Assembly (NCBI RefSeq): GCF_006345805.1
Contig: NC_043000.1
Span: 102,300,001-102,364,000 of the forward strand
Direction of reading: 5' to 3'
DNA: 64,000 nucleotides
Source of the DNA: Octopus sinensis
Lineage: Eukaryota
Part shown: positions 38,045 through 50,610 of the stretch, piece after piece
Numbering within the stretch: the stretch's first letter is position 1
Layout of the letters: each line of letters starts with the position of its first letter
The notes under the pieces: generated by a model
Told to the model about the DNA's origin: nothing
The model's database searches: none
Seen by the model: the letters and a program-made list of their open reading frames with translations, nothing else
Position numbers and translations under genes: made by a program

Positions 38045-38359
38045 GTGGAGACGCAATGGCCCACTGGTTGGGGCAGCGAGCCCACGGTCGGAGGATAGCG
38101 GTTTCGATTCCCAGACTAGGCGTTGTGCGTTTATTGAGCGAAAACATCTAACAGCTCCACGAGGCTCTGGCAGACGGTGGTGGCGACCCCTGTTGTACTC
38201 TTTCGCCCCAACTTTCTCTCACTCTTTCTTCCTGCTTCTTGAATAACGCTGCGATGGACTAGCGTCCAGTCCATCTGGGGGGAACACATACATCACAGAA
38301 ACCGGGAAACCGGACCCATGAGCCTGGCTAGGCTTGAGAAAGGGCGCATATAAAAATAA
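38045..38359 (+). mobile_element. SINE family A with 14-bp TSD
   Basis: TSD aatcactaatccgt (38031-38044, 38360-38373); tRNA-like head; V-like 'gcgatggactagcgtccagtcca'. Confidence 0.88.
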
Positions 38360-39089
38360 AATCACTAATCCGTAAAAACTTGTAATTAAAGCTTCCAGAA
38401 AATCTAGGTTGTACCAGAATCCCCAAAAGGACTGACTAGTCACAGCTGAAACACTTTCGATTACAGGTGTGTTCGATCAGAGTACAGCTTTGGCTAAACA
38501 ACAACACCAGCAACAATATTTATCTCCGCTAAGTGCATTATTTATTATTGAGAAAGTTAAGATACAAAAGAAATACAAGTTATACTGAAACAAACGCACG
38601 CTGATTCACTTATTAAGATTTGTCGGCAAGGTTAGCAAATAATTTTTGTAAAACACTGCATTTCCATTTTTAACGAAACGCAATTATCATGATTTATTAA
38701 CCAGTTTCAGACTGACTGACAACTTTGAATTACACCAAGTTAAAGATTCTCGCACAACTTTTATTTAATAAGTTGATTTACACGAATGAAGCGAAATGGA
38801 AATAAACGAGTAAAAATCAAATGAAGGATTAAGTAGAGGTATGACTGTGTAGTTAAGAAGTTTGCTTTGTATTCGTGAGATTCCTGGTTTAACACGTTCG
38901 ATTGTAATCGGCCGTGATAAGACCTATCACTGCAAGATTATAATCAGGAGAAATTCTAAGCAAACATTTTCTATAGCACATTGTGTATCTTCTACATCAG
39001 CCACCGTAGTCTTCTTCTAGTCTCTTATATTTATTAAAGATTTTTATAGAATTGGTAGACGGACATTGTGCGCAGAATTACATCAGATA

Positions 39090-39133
<44 letters not shown>

Positions 39134-39344
39134 CACAGATATTTTTATTCATAGTCAAAAACATTTACTATCATTTGTTTGTATTTTTAATCTGACAATG
39201 ACCTCAAAGTTTCACCAAGTAATGCTTTTCAAGCTGATAGAGAAGTTGACTTTTTAAAATTCCCTTTTTGTCTCTAGCTGTGCAATTGCTTGCCATATTC
39301 TCATGTTTAGTGTATCAACTTGTTGTTGATACTATCATACTCAT

Positions 39345-39850
39345 AGTTAGTATTGAAGCGAGTCAAAAGTTTTGCAATATTTGCATACGGGCCAGTTTGT
39401 GGCGTGTGTATTATCTGACTGAAGCACTTCAAGGTGTGGAAGATGTCCGCTGGGACATCATGGTAGTAGGCGGGCTGACACGTTGTCCATTGCTCTATTC
39501 TGTTGGTGAGTTGAAAGCCGCAGAGATGAACATGCAACGTAGTCTAATTCAAGAACTTATGCTTTACAAGTTCGAACTGGGCCATAACGCCGCAGAAGCA
39601 ATCAAAATTTTTTGTTGAGCAAAATGTGAGGGTGCAGTTTATCACAGTACAGTAACCAGATGGTTCAAGTAGTTTCGCTCGGATTGCAAGAACCTCGACG
39701 AGCAGGCTTAGATTCCACATCCAGCATGTATTCCGGACTTGGCTCCCTCAGATTATTACTTGATCTGATCCATTCTCACTTCCTGTGTTCGCGATGCTTC
39801 GTCAACCAAGAAGTAGTTGAAGCCTCAGTGAAGGGGTTCTTCACCTCTAA
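39345..39850 (+). mobile_element. Internally deleted mariner relic
   Basis: ELMLYKFELGHNAAEA..TVTRWFK*FRS (HTH) fused to HPA..PDLAPSDYYL (YSPDLAP motif). Confidence 0.75.
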
Positions 39851-41240
39851 GTCATGTCTGCACTTATATTCCTTTTGTGCTAGTATACTGCACTCGTTCA
39901 ATAGGTGATCGATATTTTCGACCCCTTTCCTGCAGATTCTACATTTCTTGTTTAACTGAGTTTTGTCGATCTTTACCTTTACCAGATCTGTTCTAAGGGC
40001 TTGTTGCTGCGCAGCTATAATTAGCGTTTCTGTCTCTCGTTTCAGTTTCTCGTCTGTCAACCAGAGCCAACGATCTTTACTTCGGTTTGTTGCAGGAATT
40101 GGCCATGTAATTCCATTTCCTTCCATCTGCTTGATCTGTTATCATTCCTACTGTTTCAGTCACTTTTGGGTATTTCTGGCTGCCGATAGTATTCTTTCTT
40201 TACTCTGCACAACATATTTTTTCAGATCCAGCATCACAGATTTAACTGTGTCTTCTGCGTTTAGTAATCCTCTGCTACCTTCCTTTCTTGGTAGGTAGAG
40301 TCGGTAAGTATTAGTTTAGGATTAATTGCGTTATTCATTGTGAGCAGCTTTCTATTTCTTCTATCCAAATTCTGTAGCTCAGAAAGGGAGCAGAGTATCT
40401 TAATACTGGCAGAGTCCATGTTTTTATAACTTAAAGAAAATACTGTTTCCTCCATTGCATTTTCTTTCGAGCACCTTCCTAATTTTCTTCTCGTACTCTT
40501 TAGTGACTTTCTCATTTCTTCTTCCATTACCCTATCGTCTTGCAGCACTCTTATGTACCCCTCGTTATTCCACAGCGATCGAATGATGTTCTCTTGTGGT
40601 AATGCCACCAGGGTTTACCTGCGGGAGTCTCTTCATAATTAGTACTGCACACTTATTTAACTCAAACTACATTACAATATATTTACTGCACTTTCACAGT
40701 TTGGATCAAAGAATCTCGGCCTGTCTCAATTTTTGGTTACAGCTTGAGGTCATCCTTATAAAGCAGGTGATTTATTCTCATTTTTGGATTTGGTTAACTC
40801 TAAGCAGGCATGGATTTTCTCACTATACTTGTCAGAGTGATTAGCGCAATGACGAAGAGTAATGGAGAGAGCGAGTCTCCATGGGAAATACCCTTGCGTA
40901 TTTTCACGTTGCCTAGCGATTCATTTGCATACGTCAGTTCTATTTCTCATTGCTCCTCTCCAAAAAGTTGTTTATCTCATGAACTACGAGCGTTCTCAGA
41001 CCTTTCAAAAGCCAGCTTCCAGAGTAATGGTAAGCAAGTAATATGTCTATAATTGCTGACTTATCCTCTCCTTTTTTTATTCTTTCTGTATTAGTACTGT
41101 CCTGTTTGTCATCCTTATTGGTGTTCCATTTCTATGCAGTCCATAAAAAACGGTCGTATGTAGCTGTATATACTTGAGGAAATCTTCAGCCGGAAACCCC
41201 GGACACCTTCTGGTCCGGGGCAGACTTTGCAGTTTGAAAC
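39851..41240 (-). mobile_element. R4/Dong-clade non-LTR retrotransposon relic (RT + CCHC)
   Basis: PGPEGVRGFRLK, RTVLIQK, NYRHITCLPLLWK, GISHGDSLSPLLFVIAL, INHLLYKDDLKL, LKRETETLIIAAQQQAL, CRICRKGVENIDHLLNEC..EYKCRHD. Confidence 0.85.
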
Positions 41241-41311
41241 AATTATTATCATCATGATGATGATGATGATCATCATCATCATCATCATCATCATCTTCAT
41301 CATCATCATCA

Positions 41312-41370
<59 letters not shown>

Positions 41371-41386
41371 ATTATTATTATTATTA

Positions 41387-41580
41387 AGGTGGCGAGCTGG
41401 CAGAATCGTTACCGTACCGGACAAATGTTTAGTGGCATTTCATTCGTCTTTAGGTTCTGAGTTCAAATTCTGTAGGGGTCGTCTTTGCCGTTTACCCTTT
41501 CGGGGTCGAGAAAGTAAGTATCAGTCAAAAATTGAGGTCGATGTAATCCACTTACCCCTCCTCTGATGTCACTGGCTTTG
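41387..41580 (+). mobile_element. SINE family B directly after (ATT)n
   Basis: attattaaggtggcgagctggcagaatcgtt..gttctgagttcaaattc. Confidence 0.8.
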
Positions 41581-41583
41581 AGC

Positions 41584-41651
<68 letters not shown>

Positions 41652-41653
<2 letters not shown>

Positions 41654-42890
41654 CTCCTACAATTATTACAGCACCTTAGATGCCACATTTTTCAATTTCA
41701 ATGAGCAAATCTTTATATTTTCTGAAGTTGTCAAATTCTTTTGCCGAGATATTATGATCTTAAGGAATACCCAAGTCGATCAATAAACGAACTTTATTGT
41801 TCTGGCTTTTCACAACAATATCTGGTAGCTTTGATGGTTCGGTCTGTATATTCTGGAAAATCCAAAGAGTCGTTACGTTTTACCTCTCAGTTACCGCCAC
41901 AGGGTGGTGACTATACCATTTGTTAGCAGTTTTGATATTTTATAATGCCGATATATTAACCAGTGTAGATATTGACCAACTCTGTCTTGATATATAGTGC
42001 TAAGAATTTAAATTCAGAGATTAGCTGGTCTCCTCTTTCAATTACTTCACTGCAGAATCGGCATTTTTGATCAACTTCATTTTTCATCACATTGGCTTGG
42101 TAGTTCTGAGGCAATAAGTTTTGGTATTGAGCGGCTAACATGAAGCTTTTGCTCTCTGTCTTGAGTTCCGTAGCAACAATGGTTCTCGTACTTCTCTCAC
42201 AGGTTGTCCAACCTGTGCATCGTGCATGAGATCAATAGAAAATGTTTTACCCTCCTTTATGACAAAATGAATCTTCTTACGTCCCTCGTGATTTTCAACG
42301 AGCTTTAACATGCAGTTGTTAGATGGTTCAAGATATTTGGCTAGACCAATTGCAATGGTTTTGTAAGAGAGTTCAAATTGGCTAAAACCTTGACCTCCTT
42401 AGGCTCTGGGAGGGCAAAGACGATCCATATCTACCTTTGGGTGGTTCATCTCATTACAACTCAGCAGCTTGCGTATTTTTCTGTAAATTTTCTTTACTTC
42501 ACGGATATTCCATTCAACACATTGCAGCTATAAGTAACGACTGGAACTGCTAAAGAATATATGGTTAATACTTTGTTATGCGCATTTAACTCGGCTTTCA
42601 GAACATCTAAAACTTTCATGTAACATTCCTTCCTGATCTTCTCTTTCATGCTTGCATGCTGAATGCCAGGGCCTTCATTTATTCTAAGTATTTGCAGGTT
42701 TGTTTTTACTCAACATTGATATTCATATTCATAACACGGCTGAATTTGTGGTCCCCAATTTACCTTTCTGGAAAGTGGCCTTGAAACAATTATCAAGACG
42801 AAACTCCATCCCGATACCACAACTGAATGTTTTCACACTGGCTTCACCATAGATTTTTAAGTAATCCATATAAAGTAGATGGCCTATTAC
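41652..42890 (-). mobile_element. Second R4/Dong-clade relic (RT end, CCHC, restriction-like endonuclease)
   Basis: HLLYMDYLKIYG, GMEFRLDNC, LAAQYQNL..CRFCSEVIE, PDIVVK..LLIDLGIP..KYKDLLIEIEKMWHL. Confidence 0.8.
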
Positions 42891-43027
42891 GTGTTGTATG
42901 GCATTTTATGTTGTTTTAAGCAAGTCCTTGTGGCTAATAAAGAAATACTTATTATTATCAATGTTGTTGCATATTAGCCCTTGTGGCCAATATAAGAATA
43001 AATTATTGTTGTTGTTGTTGTTGTGAC

Positions 43028-44256
43028 TAAAGCTGGCGATCGCGTGTTCGAATATTTGTTAATTTTTCTTAAAATTTGTGGTTTTATTGTTTGTTTTTAT
43101 ATATTTTGTTGAACTGTTGTCTTGTTAATCCAGGGCCAGTTGAGATTGCAAAACATTCGCCCTTTAAGCGCAAATTTTGAGTTTTAACAACTCAAAATTC
43201 AATATTTTGAAAACAAAATTTCTAGAATGACTTCACAAATCGAGGGTGCCGACGGTTGTTGCACCAGCCTCTGCGAGATTTCATTCCCTCCGCTACCTAA
43301 TGTGGTTGAGAGGGAGAAGAAGAACAGCAGCAACAACGACAGCAATGAGCAAAAAAGTGAAGAGAAAGAGAAAATAGTTCTTTTACACCAAACACATACA
43401 AATTTCACGAACACCGCCACCATTACCACCATTAACGTTCAAAACGACAAATATGACAAACCCAGCCAAGACAGCTTCGCATCTGCAGCGAAGTTGTCAG
43501 AAGAATACATAAACATGTCAACAGACAATTTTATCCAAGCAAAACAAGTTTAAAAAGAAATAGAAGAAAAAAGTGTAACCCTGAGCACTTCTAAAGACGT
43601 TGTGCAGGACACACTTGAAAATACCATAATATATATAAACCAATAGGCACCAAAAGTCATAAAGTTGAACGAGCAACACAAGTTTGAATTGAAAAGTGTC
43701 TGCGTCTAATGTGGGACATTAAAACCTATATTGGAAGAGGCAAAAAGTATGGTACTATAGAGGTGAGATTTGATACAGAAGAGTTGACAAGGAAACACAC
43801 GCTTTAAAAAATGAAGAACCTTATATGGTACCCATATACCTGGCTCGCAGAGTAGTGAAAGTCAAAATTAGACATACCACCACAAATAAGCATCTGCTGG
43901 TTGGTGGAAGCTGTCCTTCTGTACATAGAAGAAAAGGTGAGCATTTTAAAGGTGCGGAAACTGCACATACAAAACTGGTCGGAACAAGGCCTAGAGTTTT
44001 TGATGCAGAAGGACAACCAAAACCTGGAAACAATTCCAGATACCATAAATTTACCTGATGGCCGTAATCTACACATGATTATTCAGGGTAGAAAACTAAG
44101 GTGTCACCTGTGCTGGGACACAAACCATTTGAAAGTCTTCTGCCTACAACGAAAGAGACTCACACTTTTGCCAACACCACTACAACAACAACAATAAAAA
44201 CAACAACAGCACCAACAGAGGCAGATGACCACCCTGGTGGTGAAAACAACAGCAAC

Positions 44257-44287
<31 letters not shown>

Positions 44288-46010
44288 ACAACTGTTGCAG
44301 CAGTGTGGACAACAGTAGCAGCAGCAAGGGCGGCGGCAGCAGTAGTAGCAGCGGCAATAGCAGCAGCAAAAGCTACAGCACCAGAACCCTCCAAAATAAC
44401 AACAACAACTTTATCAACAAGACAACAAAAAATCCCCACAAGATTTGCCCCTTCCTTGTTCCGACCGCTCGGACACAACCTGTGCAGAAGGGGACGAGAA
44501 ACAGAATAAATGGCAAACAGTCGCCAGAACAGACAAAAGAAAAAGAGAAATAAAAACATCCTCGCGTACACAAAAATCTGGCAGATATGATGACAGTCAG
44601 GAGATGCCATTAAAAACAAATGCACAAACACCCCTCCCAACAGCAGTCACACAAGCACAGCCCACTTCGAACATTTTGAACCACACAACAATAGACACCA
44701 ACAATAAGCAACTAATAGATCACATACAGACATCACACACACACACACCGACTTCATCACACCTAGAACCAACACACCAATACATATTAAAGTCATACAA
44801 ACATCACAACACACGTAACATCATCAAAACAGAATACCCTGAAGGAGTATGTGCTTTCCAGAAATACATAAAGAGACGAATATAAAAAGAACTGCTCGTG
44901 GAAACATCCACATATACCTATGAAAACGGAACATCAGTCCCTCCTCGCCAACTAAATCACAGTAAGTACCGTCTTCCCCTTCAATACTTTGATCTTACAT
45001 TACCCTGATCAGAGTAAGCAGTATAAATGCTCGTGGTCTGGAGATCGCCTTGGAAACAAGGCCATCTACTCAATGACCTCATGATACCAAGTATCGATGT
45101 AGTTGCTATCAATGAAACTAGACTCTCCGACCAACAAGCTTTCATGCCAATTTTCGATGGATACGAGATATATTTATCTCCATGTAAACCGGGAATGATG
45201 GGAGGTGGAACGGCGGTGTTAATCCGGAGAGGCCTGAATCTCATGATAAGGATAATTTTCCTAGATCCTGAAAGCAAGCTGGTAGCCCTGGATGGGAGCA
45301 GTTGCGACGAGCATGCCCTCGAACTGGTAACTGTTTATGCACCTATATGAGTAGGACAGCCGGATTTCTCTAGACGTCTGGAGGTTTTCTTAGGAACGCC
45401 TCGACCTTTAGTGCTTATGGGAGATTGGAATGCTATCTTAGAGCCACGTTTGGACCGTGTGGAGCTAGCGCAAACCTGTTCAGAAGTTTGCAGCTGTTTA
45501 ACTGGTGCCTACTAGATTTCCCGAATGTGCCAGTGTGGGATTGGTCTAACTGCGTCGGGTTATCCATGTCGTATCTAGATAGAATGTTCTGTAGACCAAT
45601 AGATTAGGACAGATAAGTTGTCCACATTTTAAATTCATCAGCTATACAGCCCACAAGTATGTGATCTGTACGGTCGACTTAGACTACGTAGGCGGGGTTC
45701 CGGTTACTAGAAGCTGAGCGCGTCACTCTCGTCGTACCAGACTTACAGAGACAGAATTAGCGAATCAGTTAAACGGGCGTTAACGGGATCAATCCTCAAC
45801 AACAATTGGTGGTATGCCTTGAAAAGAGCAATTAAAATAGAATCGATTAGATTTAGCAAGGCACAAGCAATAGAGAAAAATAGAATAGAAGGAAACCTAG
45901 CTAGGAACTTAGAAGAAGCGCTTAGAAGAGCAACTGACGTGCTGCTGGCAAGGGTGGTCCTGGACCAATTTTTCAACGCCAAGCTCTAAATATGCATTGT
46001 CAGAGCTAAG
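43028..46010 (+). mobile_element. Tx1/L1-clade LINE relic: 5' UTR, ORF1 (CCHC knuckle) and APE endonuclease; RT missing
   Basis: ORF1 QGRKLRCHLCWDTNHLKVFC (C-x2-C-x4-H-x4-C); APE motifs DVVAINETRL, GGGTAVLI, DPESKLVALD, VTVYAP, LMGDWNA, SYLDR, GY*KLSAS, WWYALKRAIK. Confidence 0.85.
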
Positions 46011-46109
46011 GAACACTTGATATAATTGCACCCACTATGTGGTGTCTAATAATTATTTTTGCAGTTTTGTGAGGACAAGATTTCATTTATTTTTCCAATT
46101 TTAAAACAT

Positions 46110-47215
46110 TTCGGATTTTTACAAAATCATAATAATCGACAGAGAACAGCATTTTGTTAACACAGTCTTAACTCCGAACGCAGCCGCAGCTGATGCTAAA
46201 ATTGATTTCTCGCCGAAAAGTAATATAATTTCCTCTTGTTGCTGTGACGACAGTAACAAGTGCAACGGTACTAGCAGCAAAAGCAGTGAAAACAACAACA
46301 ACGACGACATCAATAGCGACAATGTGAACAGCAACAGCAGCAGCAGCCGCTCAAAGATTTGGACCTGGAGATCTCCATTTCCAGCGACTTTGAGGGCCGC
46401 CTCCCAGTGGTGTCGGGCGTCAACGAAGAGCCCTCGACTACAACAAGATGACCAAAGTTTTTTTTCCAAGGTCTGGGGTCTCCCGCCCCTAAGCCCTAGA
46501 CCATCACCTAATCACCCTTACCCGTCTTGTTGCTTAACAACAACAACAGCAGCAGCAGTACAAGCAGCAGAAACAACAATAAAAGCAATTGTATCAACAA
46601 CATCAGCAACAACATGAACAAGATCGGAAACAATATCAACATGAACAGCAATATTGAAAAAGAAACAACACTGAAAAAAACAATGCAGTTATCAATGGTA
46701 ACTGTGTGGAAAACAGCAACAACAACGAAAACGACAACTACAACATCAGCAGCGGCAGCAATAATGACATAGAGAACCACAACAAGGCTATATCTTTTTC
46801 GAGGGCAGTTAGCCAATGGGCTGTCCATTTAGTTCAAGATTTGAAAAATAAAGAACTGCAATACAAAAGTGATATTACACAACCAGATGTTATGAGCATC
46901 AGTGAGGAGGTAAAAAAAAACTCTGAACGACAATTGTATATAAATGTGCTCCTCGCAAGGAGAGGTAACATAAATTTCCTACTCCGGCAGAGACCGAAAA
47001 ATTCCTCGATGACGTGTGGCCCTCTGCGCTACACATATACAAAGGTAATTAGTACGAGGCGGTAGCTACTATATGCAGCAGTAAGCAAGAAACCAGAAGA
47101 ATAGCTACTATAGCTTTCTCGTCCTCAGGCTATTGTGATGATTCCTCATTACATGAATAAAAGGTTGACTCGAATTCGAGTCAAGAACATGTCGGTGGAC
47201 ATTAACGAACTACCT
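46110..47215 (+). mobile_element. Probable second Tx1/L1 5'/ORF1 fragment
   Basis: Same (CAA/CAG)-rich low-complexity leader as 43227-44550; YMNKRLTRIRVKNM resembles YLARRVVKVKIRH of the first copy. Confidence 0.45.
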
Positions 47216-47239
47216 TCGTGTAATACAACACATACAGTT

Positions 47240-47671
47240 GAATTAACAGGGTTTTTCTAAGGATGCAGGCAGTACATGTCAGCACAATCATTGGATTTCT
47301 CTAAGACATGGTTCTCCTGGGATATTATCTAGATGTTTCTGACATCCCTTTCCTATCACACCTAGCGTACCCACAATAACAGGAACAGTTCTCACTTTAA
47401 GATGCTACATCTTTTGCATTTCAATTTCCAGGTCCTTATATTTACTCAATTTATCAAATTCCTTTACAGATATGTTTTTATCAGTGGGAACACTTACAAC
47501 TATTAGTCTACAAGCATTTTCTTCCCTGTCATTAATGACTATATCTGATCGATTAGCCTCGATCGTTTTGTCGGTGTTGACTGGAAAATCCCAGAGGATA
47601 GTAACATTTTTACGTTCAACGACTGGCTCAGGATGATGTTCTTACCAGTAAGCAGGAGTGCTGATTTTGTA
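47240..47671 (-). mobile_element. R4/Dong-clade 3' fragment (restriction-like endonuclease)
   Basis: HHPEPVVERKNVTILWDFPVNTDKTIEANRSDIVI..KLSKYKDLEIE..VPVIVGTLG..ILRKTL; 5' junction abuts (TAA)n. Confidence 0.85.
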
Positions 47672-47749
<78 letters not shown>

Positions 47750-47879
47750 GGTGGCGGGCTGGCAAAATCGTAAACACGCTGGGCTAGCTGCCTAACAGCA
47801 TTTCGTCCGTCTTCACATTCTGAATTCCAATTCCAACGAAACTGCTGTCCTTGCACCAAAATTTGAGACCATTATCATT

Positions 47880-48332
47880 ATTCGTGGCTTCTGATGCGCA
47901 GACACGTTCTAAGGTTGCTCCACCTGCAACGATTTCTGGACGGTGAGCGTGTGTGGACTCCGTTTGTGAGGCACGTCTTTCCGCAGCTCGTCGACGGAGC
48001 TGCAGTCCTGAGTAAAGGAAAAGGCCGAGACTTGGCGCTTGGCGCCTAAAACACCGTCAGGTGCTTACAGCCCCCTACCAGTCGGGCAATGGAGTCGGTG
48101 GGTGTTCCGCTTCAGCAAGTTGTAGAGAATTAATGAGGGATAAGTGCGACAACGTTCTGGGCGTCGACGAAAACGAACTGGCCAGTCTGTTCCTGCGGGC
48201 TTTCCCGTCGGGAACTATCATGGATAATTTTCAGATGTCCTTGGCTTGGCAATGTTACCGGGGGTCGCTATCGGTTCAAGTTATGTAATAGAAAAAAAAG
48301 GGAAAAAGAAAGAAAGAAAAAAGACACTATTA

Positions 48333-48387
<55 letters not shown>

Positions 48388-48690
48388 GAATCAGGGAAGG
48401 AATTGGCGTGTTCAGAGAGATCTTGGACAGTGAGATTCCTCGATTATCCCTAGAAGTCATTCTGTATCAGGAGGACTACATCTCTATCAACCGCTCCCAC
48501 CACCACCACTTTTTAACCTTTATAAAATATGTATATTTCACTTTCTGTTCATTGTATACTGTGTATACTTACTCTTTTTGTTATTTATTTTATCATTTCA
48601 TTATATGCGAACCCCAAGACTTTCTGTCTGCCTTTGTATTGTCCCCCTCATCCTTCGCAGTGATGGCAAATAAATGAAATCATTATTATT
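47880..48690 (+). mobile_element. Tx1/L1 ORF2 C-terminal fragment and 3' UTR with (ATT)n tail
   Basis: WTPFVRHVFPQL..DNFQMSLAWQCYRGSL; T-rich 3' UTR ending ggcaaataaatgaaatc(att)n. Confidence 0.6.
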
Positions 48691-48703
48691 ATTATTATTA
48701 TTA

Positions 48704-48742
<39 letters not shown>

Positions 48743-49790
48743 CATTATTATTATTATTATTATTAGAGCATAGTGAAAATGTTTTCGCAGCTTTTGTCCC
48801 AGGCTTTTTTACGTTCTGAATTTAACTCCCACCGAAGTCAGCTTTGTCTTTCAATTCTCTGAAATCGATAAAATAAAACAACAGTCAAATGTTAAGGTTG
48901 GTAATATCGACTAACAGTTCCCACTCAAAATTGCTGGTTTTGTATCTAAATCAGAAACCATTATTTCTAGTCTTGGTAAGACGTCTTTATTGTTGCTCAG
49001 GTCTATGGACTACATTTTGTGGAGTTTGAGAAAACTGAATTGATATTCATATGTCTTATTGCACGGAATTATCACTAAAGTAGGTGAGAAGTTTCATTTG
49101 TCATTATTTTTTCGGCTATATTTATGAAGAAAAAGACATTTTGAAAATATCTTCTTTACGAGCCGATATTCAATCATTCAATGCAAAGTGACTAGACACG
49201 TCCCCCTCGACGAACAGACAACACATAAAATAAGATTATAAGTGAGAATACGAACATTAAAAAAATAATGATGTATTTGGTGTCTCTGACACAAATAAGA
49301 ATTTATTAGAAAATTCACCCAGTAATAACAATAGCAACGGAAACAATAACAACGTGCAACTTTCCATATACATGATCACTAACGCTGCGTCAAATAGGGA
49401 GCTTCTGAGCTTGATTAGATTCCTGTTGGCACACATGTTTGATAGAAGTGTATGCTGTAAAACACTTAACCTCTTTGCTCCCCACTCACCCAAAGGCTTT
49501 CTCCTCGAGCGGAAAAAGAAATGGTGTACACGCTAAGAAACTGTGAGGAGCTTTTTATGTATCTTCTAAAAAGGAAATAACAAAAATGCTCTAACTGTTG
49601 TATGGAACAATATTTGGAAGAATTAAAACATATAGTACTGATTGCCTGCTTTTCAGGAATGGACCGAAGCCAAGAAACATACTGAAGTGGTAAAATCCAC
49701 ACTCGCCCATACACTTGTTTTATAGTACATGGATTGACGCTACGCAAGAATGACAGAAGGGGCATTTTCAGTGAGAGAAATGCCAGAAAA

Positions 49791-50013
49791 TAAGGCGGCG
49801 AGCTGGCAGAAACGTTAGCCCGTCAGGCAAAATGCTTAGCGGTATTTCGTCTGCCGCTACGTTCTGAGTTCAAATTCCGCCGAGGTCGACTTTGCCTTTC
49901 ATCCTTTCGGGGTCGATAAATTACGCACTGGGATCGATGTAATCGACTTAATCCCTTTGTCTGTCTTTGTTTGCTCCCTCTATGTTGAACCCCTTGTGGG
50001 AAATAAAGAAATA
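49791..50013 (+). mobile_element. SINE family B monomer with 15-bp TSD
   Basis: TSD agaaatgccagaaaa (49776-49790, 50014-50028). Confidence 0.88.
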
Positions 50014-50039
50014 AGAAATGCCAGAAAAGTTTATGGTTC

Positions 50040-50400
50040 ATTATGTGGTGGGGGTGAGTCAAAAAGTCGAAGTGTCTAGGGACAGCATACAGTGGGGTAG
50101 GGGTCAATACAGATTTACAAGTCCCCACAAAACCACGGGGCCATTTCAAAACTGTGCCCAGACGTGGATAGAGAGATACGAACATTAAGACTGATGATGT
50201 AGACCAGAAGTCGCAGCTGCTATACTTGTGATAGCAAGTGCTAATAGAGGACTCACTGTCCTGAAGGGTTAAAAACAAAAAGGATAAGACAGCAGTATCC
50301 GGAGGCTGCTGTTCCAACAGCATCACCAGTTGAAGTCTCAGAATTACCCAAGGTGTTTAATCGTTCTCGATCTTAGGAACAGAACAGAAAGCCTACGAAC
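50040..50400 (+). mobile_element. Degenerate Tx1/L1 ORF1 fragment
   Basis: RSRSCYTCDSKC**RTHCP has CCHC spacing with stops at and after the His position. Confidence 0.4.
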
Positions 50401-50476
50401 TCATTCCCTTACGAACAGCCTACGCTGTCGGCGAGAGAGAAAGGTGAAAGAAGAGGTATGTTGACAGCAACAGCAG

Positions 50477-50610
50477 AGTGGAGGCGCAATGGCCCAGTGG
50501 TTAGGGCAGCGGACTCGCTGTCGTAAGAACGTGGTTTCGATTCCCAGACCGGGCAATGTGAGTGTTTATTGAGCAAAAGCACTTTGGCTCCACGAGTCTC
50601 CGGCAGTCTC
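50477..50610 (+). mobile_element. SINE family A head
   Basis: gtggaggcgcaatggcccagtggttagggcagcggactc..gtttcgattcccagaccggg. Confidence 0.8.

Noticed and set aside
38045-38120. tRNA-like sequences with A and B boxes (also 10340-10414, 23380-23455, 50477-50555)
   Set aside because: They continue into SINE body and tail, several with TSDs; acceptor stems are imperfect, so these are SINE heads rather than tRNA genes.
41194-41222. GC hairpin ccccggac..gtccgggg as a terminator or RNA element
   Set aside because: It encodes the PGPEGVRG motif of the R4/Dong RT region on the minus strand.
50185-50215. CTGATGA box
   Set aside because: No downstream GAAA or stems; it lies within a LINE ORF1-like relic.
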